Assembly: GCA_031459385.1 (NCBI GenBank)
Contig: JAVKIP010000015.1
Coordinates: forward strand, 1-64,000
DNA from: Candidatus Fervidifonticultor secundus
GTDB taxonomy: Bacteria > Sysuimicrobiota > Sysuimicrobiia > Sysuimicrobiales > Humicultoraceae
DNA: 64,000 nt
Direction of reading: 5' to 3'
Shown: positions 45,120-54,825 of the stretch, one piece after another
Layout of the letters: every line of letters begins with the position of its first letter
Numbering within the stretch: the stretch's first letter is position 1
Program-made: the position numbers and the translations under genes
The notes under the pieces: model-generated
Told to the model about the DNA's origin: nothing
What the model saw: the letters and a program-made list of their open reading frames with translations, nothing else
Databases searched by the model: none

Positions 45120-46277
45120 TCAGTACGACTTCGGCAGGTCCAGGACGCGGTGCCCCAGGTAGGCCAGCACCAGGTTGTTGCTCACGGGGGCCTCCTTGAG
45201 CAGGCGCGTCTCGCGGAATTTGCGCTCGACGTCGTAGTCCACCGCGAAGCCGTAGCCGCCGTGGGTCGTCAGGCAGACGTTGGCCGCCTCCCAGGCGGCT
45301 TCCGAGGCCAGGTACTTGGCCATGTTGGCCTGCGGGCCGCACGGCTCGCCGGCATCGAAGCGCCGGGCGGCGTCGTGGCGGACGAGGTCGGCCGCCTCCA
45401 CCCGCGCGTATGCGGCAGCAATGGGGAACTGGATGCCCTGGTTGGCGCCGATGGGCCGGCCGAAGACTACCCGCTGGCGCGCGTAGCGGACGGCCCGGTC
45501 GATGAACCAGCGCCCGTCGCCGATCGCTTCGGCCGCCAGCAGGATGCGCTCGGCGTTCCAGCCGTCGATAATGTGGCGGAACCCCTGCCCTTCCTGCCCG
45601 ACCAGGTTCTCGGCCGGTACCTCCAGGCCGTCGAAGAAGACGTGGTTCGTCTGGTGGTTCAGCATGGTCTCGATGGGTTCCACGCGCAGGCGGTCGCCTG
45701 CCGTGCGCAGGTCCACCAGAAAGAGCGAGAGCCCCAGGGTCTTGTCGGCCACCGCCTCGTAGGGTGTCGTGCGGGCCAGCAGCAGCATCAGGTCCGACTG
45801 GCGGATCCGCGAGGTGAAGATCTTCTGCCCGGTGACCACGTAGCGGTCGCCGCGGCGGACGGCCATGGTGCTGACGCGCGTGGTATCCGAGCCAGCGTCG
45901 GGCTCGGTGACGGCGAAGGCCTGCAGCCGCAGCTCGCCCGCGGCGATAGCGGGGAGGTAGCGGGCCTTCTGCGCGGGCGTGCCGTGACGCAGCAGCGCAC
46001 CCATGGTGTACATCTGCGCGTGGCAGGCGGCGGCGTTCCCGCCGCTGCGGTGGATCTCCTCGAGGATGATGCTGGCTTCGGTGACGCCCAGACCGGGTCC
46101 GCCGTACTCTTCGGGGACCAGTGCGGCCAGGTAGCCGTGGGCCGTCAGGGCCCGGACGAACGCCTCAGGGTACTCGCGGGCACGGTCCACCCCGCGCCAG
46201 TACTCGTCGGGGAACCGGCGACAGAGGTCGCGGATGGCATCGCGCAGCAGTGCGTGCGCCTCTGGCACTGACGCCAT
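45120..46277 (-). CDS. Acyl-CoA dehydrogenase
   Basis: PEEYGG, CHAQMY, QAFAVTEPDAGSDT, GQKIFTS, NAERIL, FGRPIGANQ, HGGYGF. Confidence 0.95.
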   Translation of the reverse strand: MASVPEAHALLRDAIRDLCRRFPDEYWRGVDRAREYPEAFVRALTAHGYLAALVPEEYGGPGLGVTEASIILEEIHRSGGNAAACHAQMYTMGALLRHGTPAQKARYLPAIAAGELRLQAFAVTEPDAGSDTTRVSTMAVRRGDRYVVTGQKIFTSRIRQSDLMLLLARTTPYEAVADKTLGLSLFLVDLRTAGDRLRVEPIETMLNHQTNHVFFDGLEVPAENLVGQEGQGFRHIIDGWNAERILLAAEAIGDGRWFIDRAVRYARQRVVFGRPIGANQGIQFPIAAAYARVEAADLVRHDAARRFDAGEPCGPQANMAKYLASEAAWEAANVCLTTHGGYGFAVDYDVERKFRETRLLKEAPVSNNLVLAYLGHRVLDLPKSY

Positions 46278-46323
46278 CGGTCTTCCCCCCCGGGTTCCTG
46301 TTCGCCGCGGCTCCCGCGGCGGC

Positions 46324-47709
46324 CTACCGCAGGAAGAAACCTTCGCGCAGCGGGTCGGCCGGGTCGAGCACGAACTCGGCCCGGCCAGTCAGGGCGGCGC
46401 TGCCCTCGATCTCGGGCACCACGGCCGGGTACGGCCCCACGGTCGTGCTGCCCACGATGCGCCCGACGAAGCGGGTGCCGATCAGGCTCTCCACCACCAG
46501 CGCTTCCCCGGGCGCGAGACGGCTGCGGGCGTGTTCCAGTGCCAGGCGGCCGCTGACGCCCGTGCCCGTCGGCGACCGGTCCACCTGGGTCTGCGCGAAG
46601 ACACAGACGTGACGGCTGTGGGCGCCGGGCGCGTGGGGCGCACCGGTCAGGATCGTGCCGTACAGGAACCCGAGGTCCGCATCGTCCGGGTGGCGGACCG
46701 GGCCGGCGGCGGCTACCGCGCGGGTGATGGCCGCGCCGATCTCGATGAGCCGCCGGTATTCCCCGGGCACCAGGTGCAGGCCCAGCGGCGCCGCCTCGCA
46801 GTACGCGTAGAAGGCGCCACCGAACGCGATGTCGTAGCGTACCGTTCCCAGGCCGGGGACCTCCACCGTCTGGTCGAGCGCGGTTACGAACGACGGCACG
46901 TTCTCGAACGTGACGCTGCGCACGCGGCCGTCCTTGACGCGGGCGCGGGCGAGGACGCGCCCGGCGGGCGTGTCCAGTCGGAGCGAGACCTCGCCGGCTG
47001 CCGCCGGGATGGCCCCCGTCTCCACGAGCACCGTCGCCAGCGCGATCACGCCGTGGCCGCACATCGTCGACCAGCCCTCAGTGTGCAGGAACAGCACCCC
47101 GAGGTCGCCGTCGGGGGTGACGGGATCGGTGAGCACGGCACCGTACATATCGGCGTGGCCGCGGGGCTCGAAGACCAGCGCCCGCCGGAGGTGGTCGAGG
47201 TGCGCGGCCGCGTACCGGCGCTTGGCGGCCATCGTCGAGCCCGGCACGGGCGGGCATCCCCCGGTCACCACGCGCAGGGGTTCGCCCGCGGCGTGGGCGT
47301 CCACGACGGTCAGGACCGGGCGGTCGCCGGGCGGCCGCCACCGGCGCAGGGCGGCCAGGATCGCCTCCGGGATCGCCGCGCCAGGCGCATCGTCCGGGCC
47401 GGGTCCTCCACCCGGCGCGGCCAGTTCGGCCAGCAGGACGTCGGCGTAGAAGGGCGGCCAGTCGGCCTGCGGCGCCTGGCGCCGGTGGGCCCGCTCGGCC
47501 GCCGCCAGCGCGCAGGTGAGCGCGCTGCGGGTCACGGGGCGCCCCAGCAGCGCGCTCACGGGCCCCTGGAGGTAGTCGGCGTACCACAGCGGCCAGTCCG
47601 GGTCCTCGCCGCCCGTGGCGGCGAACGCCCGGTGGTGGGCGGCCGCGGCCTCCCGCAGCAGGGCCGCGAGGCGCGTGGCCAGGGACGCGGGCGGGCCGTC
47701 GGGCGTCAC
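46324..47709 (-). CDS. Proline racemase-family enzyme (Cys/Thr type, probable trans-3-hydroxy-L-proline dehydratase) with extra N-terminal domain
   Basis: GTG overlapping the ugpE stop; DAHAAGEP, EPRGHADMYG, STMCGH, DRSPTGTG, DPLREGF. Confidence 0.88.
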   Translation of the reverse strand: MTPDGPPASLATRLAALLREAAAAHHRAFAATGGEDPDWPLWYADYLQGPVSALLGRPVTRSALTCALAAAERAHRRQAPQADWPPFYADVLLAELAAPGGGPGPDDAPGAAIPEAILAALRRWRPPGDRPVLTVVDAHAAGEPLRVVTGGCPPVPGSTMAAKRRYAAAHLDHLRRALVFEPRGHADMYGAVLTDPVTPDGDLGVLFLHTEGWSTMCGHGVIALATVLVETGAIPAAAGEVSLRLDTPAGRVLARARVKDGRVRSVTFENVPSFVTALDQTVEVPGLGTVRYDIAFGGAFYAYCEAAPLGLHLVPGEYRRLIEIGAAITRAVAAAGPVRHPDDADLGFLYGTILTGAPHAPGAHSRHVCVFAQTQVDRSPTGTGVSGRLALEHARSRLAPGEALVVESLIGTRFVGRIVGSTTVGPYPAVVPEIEGSAALTGRAEFVLDPADPLREGFFLR

Positions 47710-48557
47710 TTCTCGGTTTCCGTGAGGCCCTTGACGAACCACCGCTGCATCAGGATCACGACGACCACAGGTGGCAGCATGGCCATGATGGTGGTGGCCA
47801 TGATGATGGGCCAGTCCACCAGGGCCTCGCCCGTGCCGATCATCCGCGTGATGCCGATCACGACGGTCGTCATCTCCTGGCTGGTCGTGATGAGCAGCGG
47901 CCACAGGTACTGGTTCCACCCGTAGATGAACAGGATGACGAACAGCGCCGCCACGGTCGTCGACGAAAGCGGCAGGAGGATGCTCCAGAAGAAGCGCATG
48001 GGGCCCGCGCCGTCGACCTTGGCGGCGTCCACCAGCTCGTCGGGAACCGTCAGGAAGAACTGCCGGAAGATCAGCGTGGCCGTGGCCGACGCGATGAGCG
48101 GAATCGTGAGGCCGGCGAAGGTGTCGATCATGCCCAGGTCCGCCACTACCTTGTAGGTGGGGATGATGCGCACCTCCACGGGGAGCATCAGCGTCACGAA
48201 GATCATCCAGAAGAAGAACATGCGCAACGGAAACTCGAAGAAGACCACCGCGAACGCCGAGAGAAGGGAGATGGCGATCTTGCCGGTGGGGATCGCCAGG
48301 GCCATGATGAGGCTGTTGCGCATCATCTGGCGCACCGGCGCACCGCGGATGCGCTCGCCGCTGCCGGTAGTGAACGCCTGGGCGTAGTTCTTCGCCCCGA
48401 ACGGTCCGGGACGCAGTCCCATCTCGCCGCGGGCTACGGTCCCCAGGTCGTGCGTGGAGCCCACCAGGGCCACGTAGACCGGGAAGGCGAAGACCGCCAC
48501 ACCCGTCAGGAGGATCAGGTGGGCCTGCCAGTGGCGCAGCCGGCGGCGCAGGGCCAT
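47706..48557 (-). CDS. ugpE: sn-glycerol-3-phosphate ABC permease UgpE
   Basis: GKIAISLLSAFA, TLMLPVEVRIIPTY, IASATAT..FRQFF, YGWNQYLWP, KGLTETEK. Confidence 0.93.
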   Translation of the reverse strand: MALRRRLRHWQAHLILLTGVAVFAFPVYVALVGSTHDLGTVARGEMGLRPGPFGAKNYAQAFTTGSGERIRGAPVRQMMRNSLIMALAIPTGKIAISLLSAFAVVFFEFPLRMFFFWMIFVTLMLPVEVRIIPTYKVVADLGMIDTFAGLTIPLIASATATLIFRQFFLTVPDELVDAAKVDGAGPMRFFWSILLPLSSTTVAALFVILFIYGWNQYLWPLLITTSQEMTTVVIGITRMIGTGEALVDWPIIMATTIMAMLPPVVVVILMQRWFVKGLTETEK

Positions 48558-49438
48558 CAGTAGGCGACTCTCCGCTCGATGTAGCGGAACTGCAACGCCG
48601 TCAGGAGGATGACCACCGCCAGCAGGATCACCGACTGCGCCGACGAGCCACCCAGGTCGAGGTTGATCACGCCGTCCACGTAGACCTTGTAGATCAGCGT
48701 CTCGGTGGCCTTGCCGGGGCCGCCGCGGGTCAGGGCGTGGATGATGCCGAAGGTGTCGAAGAACGCGTAGATGACGTTCACCACCAGCAGGAAGAACGTG
48801 GTGGGCGAGAGCAGCGGGAAGACCACGCGCCAGAAGCGCTGGCGCGAGGTGGCGCCGTCCACGGCGGCGGCTTCCAGCACCGAGCGCGGGATGGACTGCA
48901 GCCCGGCCAGGAAGAAGATGAAGTTGTAGGCCACGCGGTTCCAGGCGGCGGCCAGGATCACCAGCAGCAGCGCGTGGCTGCCGTTGAGCGTGTAGTCCCA
49001 CGGGATCCCCTGTCGGACCAGGGCGCGGCCCACGATGCCGATGGTCGGGTGGAAGATGAACAGCCACAGCGAGGCCGACACCGCCGGGGCGATGGCGTAG
49101 GGCCAGATCAGCAGCGTCTTGTAGACCGACGCCCCCCGGATCTCCTTGTCGGCAGTGGCGGCCAGCACCAGGCCGGCAGCCATCGCCAGGGCGACGACCG
49201 CCCCCGAGAAGAGGAACGTCACCCGCAGGGTCTGCAGGTAGAACGGATCGGTGAGCACGGTCGTGAAGTTCTCGAACCACACGAACGTCGTGCTCAGGCC
49301 GAAGGGATCCTGCCGGATCAAGGACTGCACCACGGCCTGCCCGGCAGGCCAGAAGAAGAAGACCACGGTGACGACCAGCTGCGGGGCCAGCAGGACGTAG
49401 GGCAGCACCTTGTTGGGGAAGATCGTGCGCCGGCGCAT
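48557..49438 (-). CDS. ugpA: sn-glycerol-3-phosphate ABC permease UgpA
   Basis: [57 protein letters not shown]. Confidence 0.93.
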   Translation of the reverse strand: MRRRTIFPNKVLPYVLLAPQLVVTVVFFFWPAGQAVVQSLIRQDPFGLSTTFVWFENFTTVLTDPFYLQTLRVTFLFSGAVVALAMAAGLVLAATADKEIRGASVYKTLLIWPYAIAPAVSASLWLFIFHPTIGIVGRALVRQGIPWDYTLNGSHALLLVILAAAWNRVAYNFIFFLAGLQSIPRSVLEAAAVDGATSRQRFWRVVFPLLSPTTFFLLVVNVIYAFFDTFGIIHALTRGGPGKATETLIYKVYVDGVINLDLGGSSAQSVILLAVVILLTALQFRYIERRVAY

Positions 49439-49491
49439 CGGCTATGAGGGCACGTTCGCCGCCGGCGCCGACGACTCCCGCGCGCCGGCGG

Positions 49492-50505
49492 TCACCGCCG
49501 CATCCCCGGGCGCGCAGGACCGGGCCAGCAGGCCGAACACCTGGTTGACGTGCTCGCCCGAATTCCCCGGGCGCGCAGGACCTGGAGGAGGCGGTCCGGG
49601 TAGTCGGTGATGATGCCGTCCCCGGGCAGCCGTCCGATCCCGGCCTCCAGCAGGCGCTCCATCTCTGCCGGCGCGTTCACCGTCCATGGCACCACCGGGA
49701 CGCCGGCGCGATGGAGGGCCTCGACGACATCGACCGTGACCTGCCCGGCCTGCGGGGCCCAGAGATCGGCCCTGGCCTCGCGGACCACGGCCACGGGGTC
49801 GGAGGCGGGGTCGCGCGGCGCGCGCAGGGCGGCGGTGCGCACCGTCGGGTCGATGGCTTTTACGGTGAGGATCGACGGGTAGTGGAACGACTGCACGATC
49901 ACCCGGTGCCGCAGGCCGGCCGCGCGGACTTGGTGCAGGATCTTGGTCTCGAAGTCGGGCGGTGGCGGCGGATACTGGCCGGGGGAGGGATACTTGGTCT
50001 CGATATTGAGCCGCACGTGCGGCGGGGCCGACGTGGTCACCAGCGCCAGCACCTCGCCCAGCGTCGGGATCCGCTCGCCCGCGAAGCGCGGGTCGAAGCG
50101 GGCGCCCGCGTCGAGGCGCTTGAGTTCCGCCACCGTCATCTCGCGCACGTACCCGCGGCCGTCGGTGGTGCGGGACACGGTGGGGTCGTGGATGACGATC
50201 AGCTCGCCATCCCGCGAGACGTGCAGGTCCAGCTCGAGGACGTCGGCGCCCAGGGCGATGGCGTTGCGGAACGCGGCCAGCGTATTCTCGGGGGCCAGGC
50301 CTGCGCCGCCGCGATGGGCGTGCACGTCGACGGTCAGGGCCCGCGCCAGGCCCGAAGGCGTCGCCACGGCCGCCGGCGCCCTCAGGGCAGCGAGCGCGAC
50401 GACGCAGGCAACCGCGCACCACAGGGGCGCGGGCCCGCCCCTGGCCTGTCGCGCCGACGGGCCAGGCGGGGCGTGATCGTTGCGCGCGTCTGGAGCGCCA
50501 CGCAC
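49492..50505 (-). CDS. Glycerophosphodiester phosphodiesterase (GlpQ/UgpQ family), probably exported
   Basis: HAHRGG, PENTL, ELDL, HD, NIETK, QSF, WTVN, GIITDYPD. Start uncertain. Confidence 0.92.
   Translation of the reverse strand: MRGAPDARNDHAPPGPSARQARGGPAPLWCAVACVVALAALRAPAAVATPSGLARALTVDVHAHRGGAGLAPENTLAAFRNAIALGADVLELDLHVSRDGELIVIHDPTVSRTTDGRGYVREMTVAELKRLDAGARFDPRFAGERIPTLGEVLALVTTSAPPHVRLNIETKYPSPGQYPPPPPDFETKILHQVRAAGLRHRVIVQSFHYPSILTVKAIDPTVRTAALRAPRDPASDPVAVVREARADLWAPQAGQVTVDVVEALHRAGVPVVPWTVNAPAEMERLLEAGIGRLPGDGIITDYPDRLLQVLRARGIRASTSTRCSACWPGPARPGMRR
49503..49582. repeat. 19-bp direct repeat flanking 42 bp at the 3' end of the GDPD gene
   Basis: TCCCCGGGCGCGCAGGACC at 49503-49521 and 49564-49582. 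Confidence 0.85.
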
Positions 50506-50520
50506 GGGGCTGCCGGTCGC

Positions 50521-50552
50521 GCGGGGGCGCCGCCGGAGGGCGGCGCCCCCGC
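50521..50552. other. Perfect 14-bp stem-loop downstream of ugpB (likely mRNA stabiliser or attenuator)
   Basis: GCGGGGGCGCCGCC-GGAG-GGCGGCGCCCCCGC, no U tract. Confidence 0.65.
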
Positions 50553-50573
50553 CCTACAGCGTCCGAGGTGCGG

Positions 50574-51950
50574 CTACAGGCCGGCGGTGCGCTCGAAGCG
50601 CCGCAGGATCTGGTTCCCGCGGCGGACGGCGTTGTCCATGGCCTGCTGCGCCGTCTGCTGGCCCTGGAAGGCCCGCTCCATCTCCTCGTAGAGGACCACG
50701 CGGATCTCGACCAGGTTGCCCAGCCGCAGCCCGCGGGAGTTCCGGGTGGGCGGTGTGCGGGTCAGCTGCTGAATCGGGATCTCCGCCCAGGGGTTGCGCG
50801 TGTAGAAGCCCGACGCCCGGGCGAGCTGCGCACCCGTGAAGGTGATGGGCACGTAGCCGGTCTCCATGTGCCACTTCGCCGATGCCTCGGGCGAGCTCAC
50901 GTACCGGAAGAACTCCGCCACCCCGCGGTACTCCTCCGCGGTCCGACGCGGCGAGGTCATGACCCAGAAGCTCGCGCCGCCGATGATCGAGTTCTTCGGC
51001 GCCCCTTTCACGTCGTCGTAGTAGGGGAGGAACGTCACGCCCCAGTCGAACTTCGCCTCGCGCTGGTAGCGGGCGAAGAGCGCCGAGGAGGCCGTCAGCA
51101 TCGCACACTCGCCCGAGGGCCCCAGCGCGTCGCCGGCGGCGTCGCGGCCGCCGTACTTGAAGGTGCCCTCCCTGAGCATGTCCATCAGGAACTGCAGGTG
51201 GCGCACGTACAGCGGCTGGTTCAGGGTCAGCTCCGCATCGGTCCCCTCGAAGCCGTTGGCCTTCGTGGCGAACGGCGTGTCGTGGATCGCGCCGAAGTTC
51301 TCCAGCTGGACCCACGTTGGCCACGCCGTGGAGAGGCCGCAGGGCGCCGCGTTGGTCGCGCGGATCCGCTGGGCGGCCGCCCGCAGGTCATTCCAGGTCT
51401 TGGGCGGGGCATCGGGGTTCAGGCCGGCGCGCTTGAAGGCGTCCTTGTTGTACCACAGGACCGGCGTCGAGGTGTTGAACGGCAACGACACCATCCGGCC
51501 GGCGGCGTCGCTGTAGTAGCCGCGGACCGCGGGCAGGTAGATGCTGGGGTCGAAGGGGATGCCCGCTTCGCGCATGAGCTCGTGGACAGGCTTGATCGCG
51601 CCCCGGGCGGCCATCATGGTGGCCGTGCCGACCTCGAACATCTGGACGACGTGGGGGGCGTTGCCGGCCCGGAACGCGGCGATCGCCGCCACCATCGTCT
51701 CGGGATACGACCCCTTGAACGTCGCGTTGACCTGGTAGCGGGTCTGGGAGGCGTTGAAGCCGGCCACGATCGACTCCAGGGCCTCGCCGAGCGGTCCCCG
51801 CAGCCCGTGCCAGAACTCTAGCGGGATGCGCGGGGCCTGCGCCACCACCATCGGGACGGTGCCCGGGTTGGCCGCGGTGGGTGCCGCGACGCTCACCCCT
51901 GCCGCCAGGATCACGGCGGCGCCCAGGCCTACGAAGGCTCTGCTCCTCAT
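50574..51950 (-). CDS. ugpB: sn-glycerol-3-phosphate-binding protein UgpB
   Basis: FWHG, KGSYPETM.AAIAAFRAG.APH..Q.FEVGTATMM, PFNTSTP, NSIIGGAS.W, GLRLGN. Confidence 0.94.
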   Translation of the reverse strand: MRSRAFVGLGAAVILAAGVSVAAPTAANPGTVPMVVAQAPRIPLEFWHGLRGPLGEALESIVAGFNASQTRYQVNATFKGSYPETMVAAIAAFRAGNAPHVVQMFEVGTATMMAARGAIKPVHELMREAGIPFDPSIYLPAVRGYYSDAAGRMVSLPFNTSTPVLWYNKDAFKRAGLNPDAPPKTWNDLRAAAQRIRATNAAPCGLSTAWPTWVQLENFGAIHDTPFATKANGFEGTDAELTLNQPLYVRHLQFLMDMLREGTFKYGGRDAAGDALGPSGECAMLTASSALFARYQREAKFDWGVTFLPYYDDVKGAPKNSIIGGASFWVMTSPRRTAEEYRGVAEFFRYVSSPEASAKWHMETGYVPITFTGAQLARASGFYTRNPWAEIPIQQLTRTPPTRNSRGLRLGNLVEIRVVLYEEMERAFQGQQTAQQAMDNAVRRGNQILRRFERTAGL

Positions 51951-52225
51951 CACGATGCCTCCTGTCAGCACGATGGCGCGCGCAGGGGGCGCGCCGTGCC
52001 GGGGAATGGTCAGAGATCTACCGCAAGCATACGATACGCGGTCCCTCCGGGCCTAGCCATCAGGCGGCCGCCGGATATGCCGGCCCGCCTGGCCCGGGGC
52101 ACCCGACGCTCCGGGCGCGCGTCCGGGCGACCGCGCGCATCCATGGGATGTGCCGCGCCTCCACGATGGGGTTCGCTATAGTAGAAGGAGCACGCTGCAG
52201 GCCATCCCGACTGCCGGAGGCCCGC

Positions 52226-53194
52226 ATGGACCCGCAGATCCTCGGCATCCACCACGTGACAGCCATCGCCAGCGATCCGCAGGCGAACCTGGACTTCTAC
52301 GCGGGCGTGCTGGGGCTGCGCCTGGTCAAGCGCACCGTCAACTTCGACGACCCCGGCACGTACCACCTGTACTACGGTGATGGGGTCGGGACTCCGGGCA
52401 CGCTCATGACCTTCTTTCCGTGGCCCGGCGCGCCCCGGGGGCAGGTGGGTGCGGGCATGGTGAGCGCGACGGCGTTCGCGATCCCCCCTGGCGCACTCCC
52501 TTTCTGGCAGGCGAGGCTGCGGGCCCACGGCGTGATCGTGGAGGAACCGGGCGTCCGGTTCGATGGAGACGTGCTGACCTTCACCGACCCCGACGGCCTG
52601 CCGCTGGAACTGGTGACAGACGGCACCGCCGACGATGCACGCGCATGGACTGGCGGCCCGGTGCCCCCGCAGGCGGCTCTGCGCGGCGTTCACTCGGTGA
52701 CGCTGACGGTCGCCGGCCTGGGCGAGGACTGCGGCAGCACGCGGGCGGTGCTCGAGCGGCTCGGGTGGCAAGTGGCGGCGCAGGTCGGAGCCCGCACGCG
52801 CTACGTCCTGGGTGCGGGCGGCCCCGGCGCGACCCTCGACCTGGTATGCGCGCCCGCGGCCCCGCGCGGGCAGTACGCGGCCGGGACGGTGCACCACGTG
52901 GCGTGGCGCACGCCGGACGACGCGCACCAGAGTGGCTGGCGCGAGCGCGTGCGCGAGGCCGGCCTGGACGTCACGCCGGTGCAGGACCGCCAGTACTTCC
53001 GCTCGATCTACTTCCGCGAGCCCGGCGGCGTGCTGTTCGAGATCGCCACCGACCCACCGGGATTCACCGTGGACGAATCGCCGGAGATGCTGGGCAGCGG
53101 GCTGCGCCTGCCGCCGTGGCTGGAGCCGATGCGCCCGCGCCTGGAGCGGACCCTGCCGCCGCTGCGCTCGCCGGAGGTCACAGGGCGCGGGTGA
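52226..53194 (+). CDS. Ring-cleaving dioxygenase (VOC family, MhqO-like)
   Basis: GIHHVTAI, VKRTVNFDDPGTYHLYYGD, TFFPW, GTVHHVAW, DRQYFRSIYFREPGGVLFEIATD. Confidence 0.93.
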   Translation: MDPQILGIHHVTAIASDPQANLDFYAGVLGLRLVKRTVNFDDPGTYHLYYGDGVGTPGTLMTFFPWPGAPRGQVGAGMVSATAFAIPPGALPFWQARLRAHGVIVEEPGVRFDGDVLTFTDPDGLPLELVTDGTADDARAWTGGPVPPQAALRGVHSVTLTVAGLGEDCGSTRAVLERLGWQVAAQVGARTRYVLGAGGPGATLDLVCAPAAPRGQYAAGTVHHVAWRTPDDAHQSGWRERVREAGLDVTPVQDRQYFRSIYFREPGGVLFEIATDPPGFTVDESPEMLGSGLRLPPWLEPMRPRLERTLPPLRSPEVTGRG

Positions 53195-54825
53195 TCGCCG
53201 TGGAACGCGCCGCGGACGAGGCGAGGTGGTCGCGCGTCTGGGCCTGGCTGCTGGTGCTGGCCGGCCTGGTGCTGCTGGCCGGCGCGCCGCTCCCGCACAT
53301 CGACGGCGATGCGGCGCTCTACGGCCGTATCGCGAAGAACGTCGTCGCCTCCGGCGAGTGGCTGACTCTGCGCGCTACCCCGGGCTGGGTGGTCGACAAG
53401 CCGCCGCTGACGATCTGGCTCATCGCCGCGTCGCTGCGCGTGGCCGGGGACAGCGACGCCACCCTGCGGGTCTGGCAGCTGGCGATGACGCTGGGGCTGG
53501 CGGCCGTCACCTACCGGCTCGCGCGGCTCCACGCGGGCCGCGAGGAAGCCCTGCTCGCCGCGCTGGTGCTGCTCACGGCCGTGCAGGTGTGGTATCAGAG
53601 CCTGACGCCGCAGCAGGACGTGCCGCTGACGTTCTTCCTGGCGCTGGCGTTCCTGGCCTACCTGGACTACCGGCGCGGCGGACGGGCCCGGTCGCTCGCA
53701 GCCGCGGGCCTGTGGCTCGCGCTGGCGGTGCTGACCAAGGGCATCGTCGCGCTCGTGATCTTCGCCCTGGTGGCCGGTGCGGAGTGGGGGCTGGCACGGC
53801 GCCGGCGCGAGGTCGGGCGCTGGTCGTGGGGCGCGGTGGCGGTCGGGCTGATGGTCCTGGTGGCGGTGGCGGCGCCCTGGTTCGTCGTCGGCCTGCTCCG
53901 GCAGGGCCGGCCGTTCGCCGACGCGTTCTTCCTGGGGGGCAACCTGGGGCCCGGCCGCTTCTTCAGCCCGCGCATCTCGGCGCTGCCGCCGCTGTGGCAG
54001 GTGCCGCTGGCGTACCTGCCCGTGCTCCTGGTCGGCTTCCTCCCGTGGACCGGCCTGCTGCCCGCGGCGCTCCGGGAGGGGTGGCGCGCGCTGGGGGGCG
54101 GTCCTCCGTCTGTGCGGCTGTGCATGCTGTGGGCCAGCGGGGTGTTCGTCATGCTCTCGCTGTCGGCGACCGACAGGGTGTTCCGCTACCTGCACCCGAT
54201 CTACCCGCCACTGGCGGTGCTGGCGGCGCACGCGGTGGTGCCCGCGCTGGCGCAGCGGCGTGGCCTGCGCGGCGCGGCCTGGGTGTCCGTGCTGGTCGCG
54301 GTGCCGGCGCTGGCGGCCACCGCGGCATGGATGGCCGGCCGGTTCCCCGGTGAGGCGACGCTCTACCTGCCCATCGTGGCGCCGTTTGGGCTGGCGATGG
54401 CGGGCGTGCTGGCAACCGCGGCGGTTCTGGCCCTGGCCGGACAGCCGCGGCCGGCTGTCGCCGCCCTGGCTGCCGGCGCCCTGGTGGCCTGGGGGATCGC
54501 GGAGCGCGGGCTCGCCGTCCACTGGCCCCGGCTGTGGCCGTGGCGGGAGGTCGGTGCTGCAATCGTCCGCCTGCATCGGCCCGGAGACCGGATCGTGGTG
54601 TTCCGGGGCGGCGCCCTGAACTTTCCCGAGTACGTGCTCGAGGCGGACGTGGAACACGTCCAGGACGCTGCGACCCTCGGCCGCCTATGGACGACGGGGG
54701 TCGCGATCGTCCTCCTCAGGGCGAGCGACCTGCATGCGCTGCCTGCCCGACCGGCTCCGCAGCGCATCCTGGCGACCCCCACGGGATGGATCGTCGTAGC
54801 CAACACCCGCGCACAGAGGAACTAA
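53191..54825 (+). CDS. GT-C glycosyltransferase (ArnT/PMT-2-like)
   Basis: DGDAALY..IAKN...SGEW, DKPPL, LAVLTKG, APWF, FLPW, RYLHP; many TM segments. Confidence 0.87.
   Translation: MIAVERAADEARWSRVWAWLLVLAGLVLLAGAPLPHIDGDAALYGRIAKNVVASGEWLTLRATPGWVVDKPPLTIWLIAASLRVAGDSDATLRVWQLAMTLGLAAVTYRLARLHAGREEALLAALVLLTAVQVWYQSLTPQQDVPLTFFLALAFLAYLDYRRGGRARSLAAAGLWLALAVLTKGIVALVIFALVAGAEWGLARRRREVGRWSWGAVAVGLMVLVAVAAPWFVVGLLRQGRPFADAFFLGGNLGPGRFFSPRISALPPLWQVPLAYLPVLLVGFLPWTGLLPAALREGWRALGGGPPSVRLCMLWASGVFVMLSLSATDRVFRYLHPIYPPLAVLAAHAVVPALAQRRGLRGAAWVSVLVAVPALAATAAWMAGRFPGEATLYLPIVAPFGLAMAGVLATAAVLALAGQPRPAVAALAAGALVAWGIAERGLAVHWPRLWPWREVGAAIVRLHRPGDRIVVFRGGALNFPEYVLEADVEHVQDAATLGRLWTTGVAIVLLRASDLHALPARPAPQRILATPTGWIVVANTRAQRN

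Noticed and set aside
49503..49582. Repeat-spacer-repeat as a mini CRISPR array
   Set aside because: Only two 19-bp copies, inside a coding 3' end, with no cas genes or leader.
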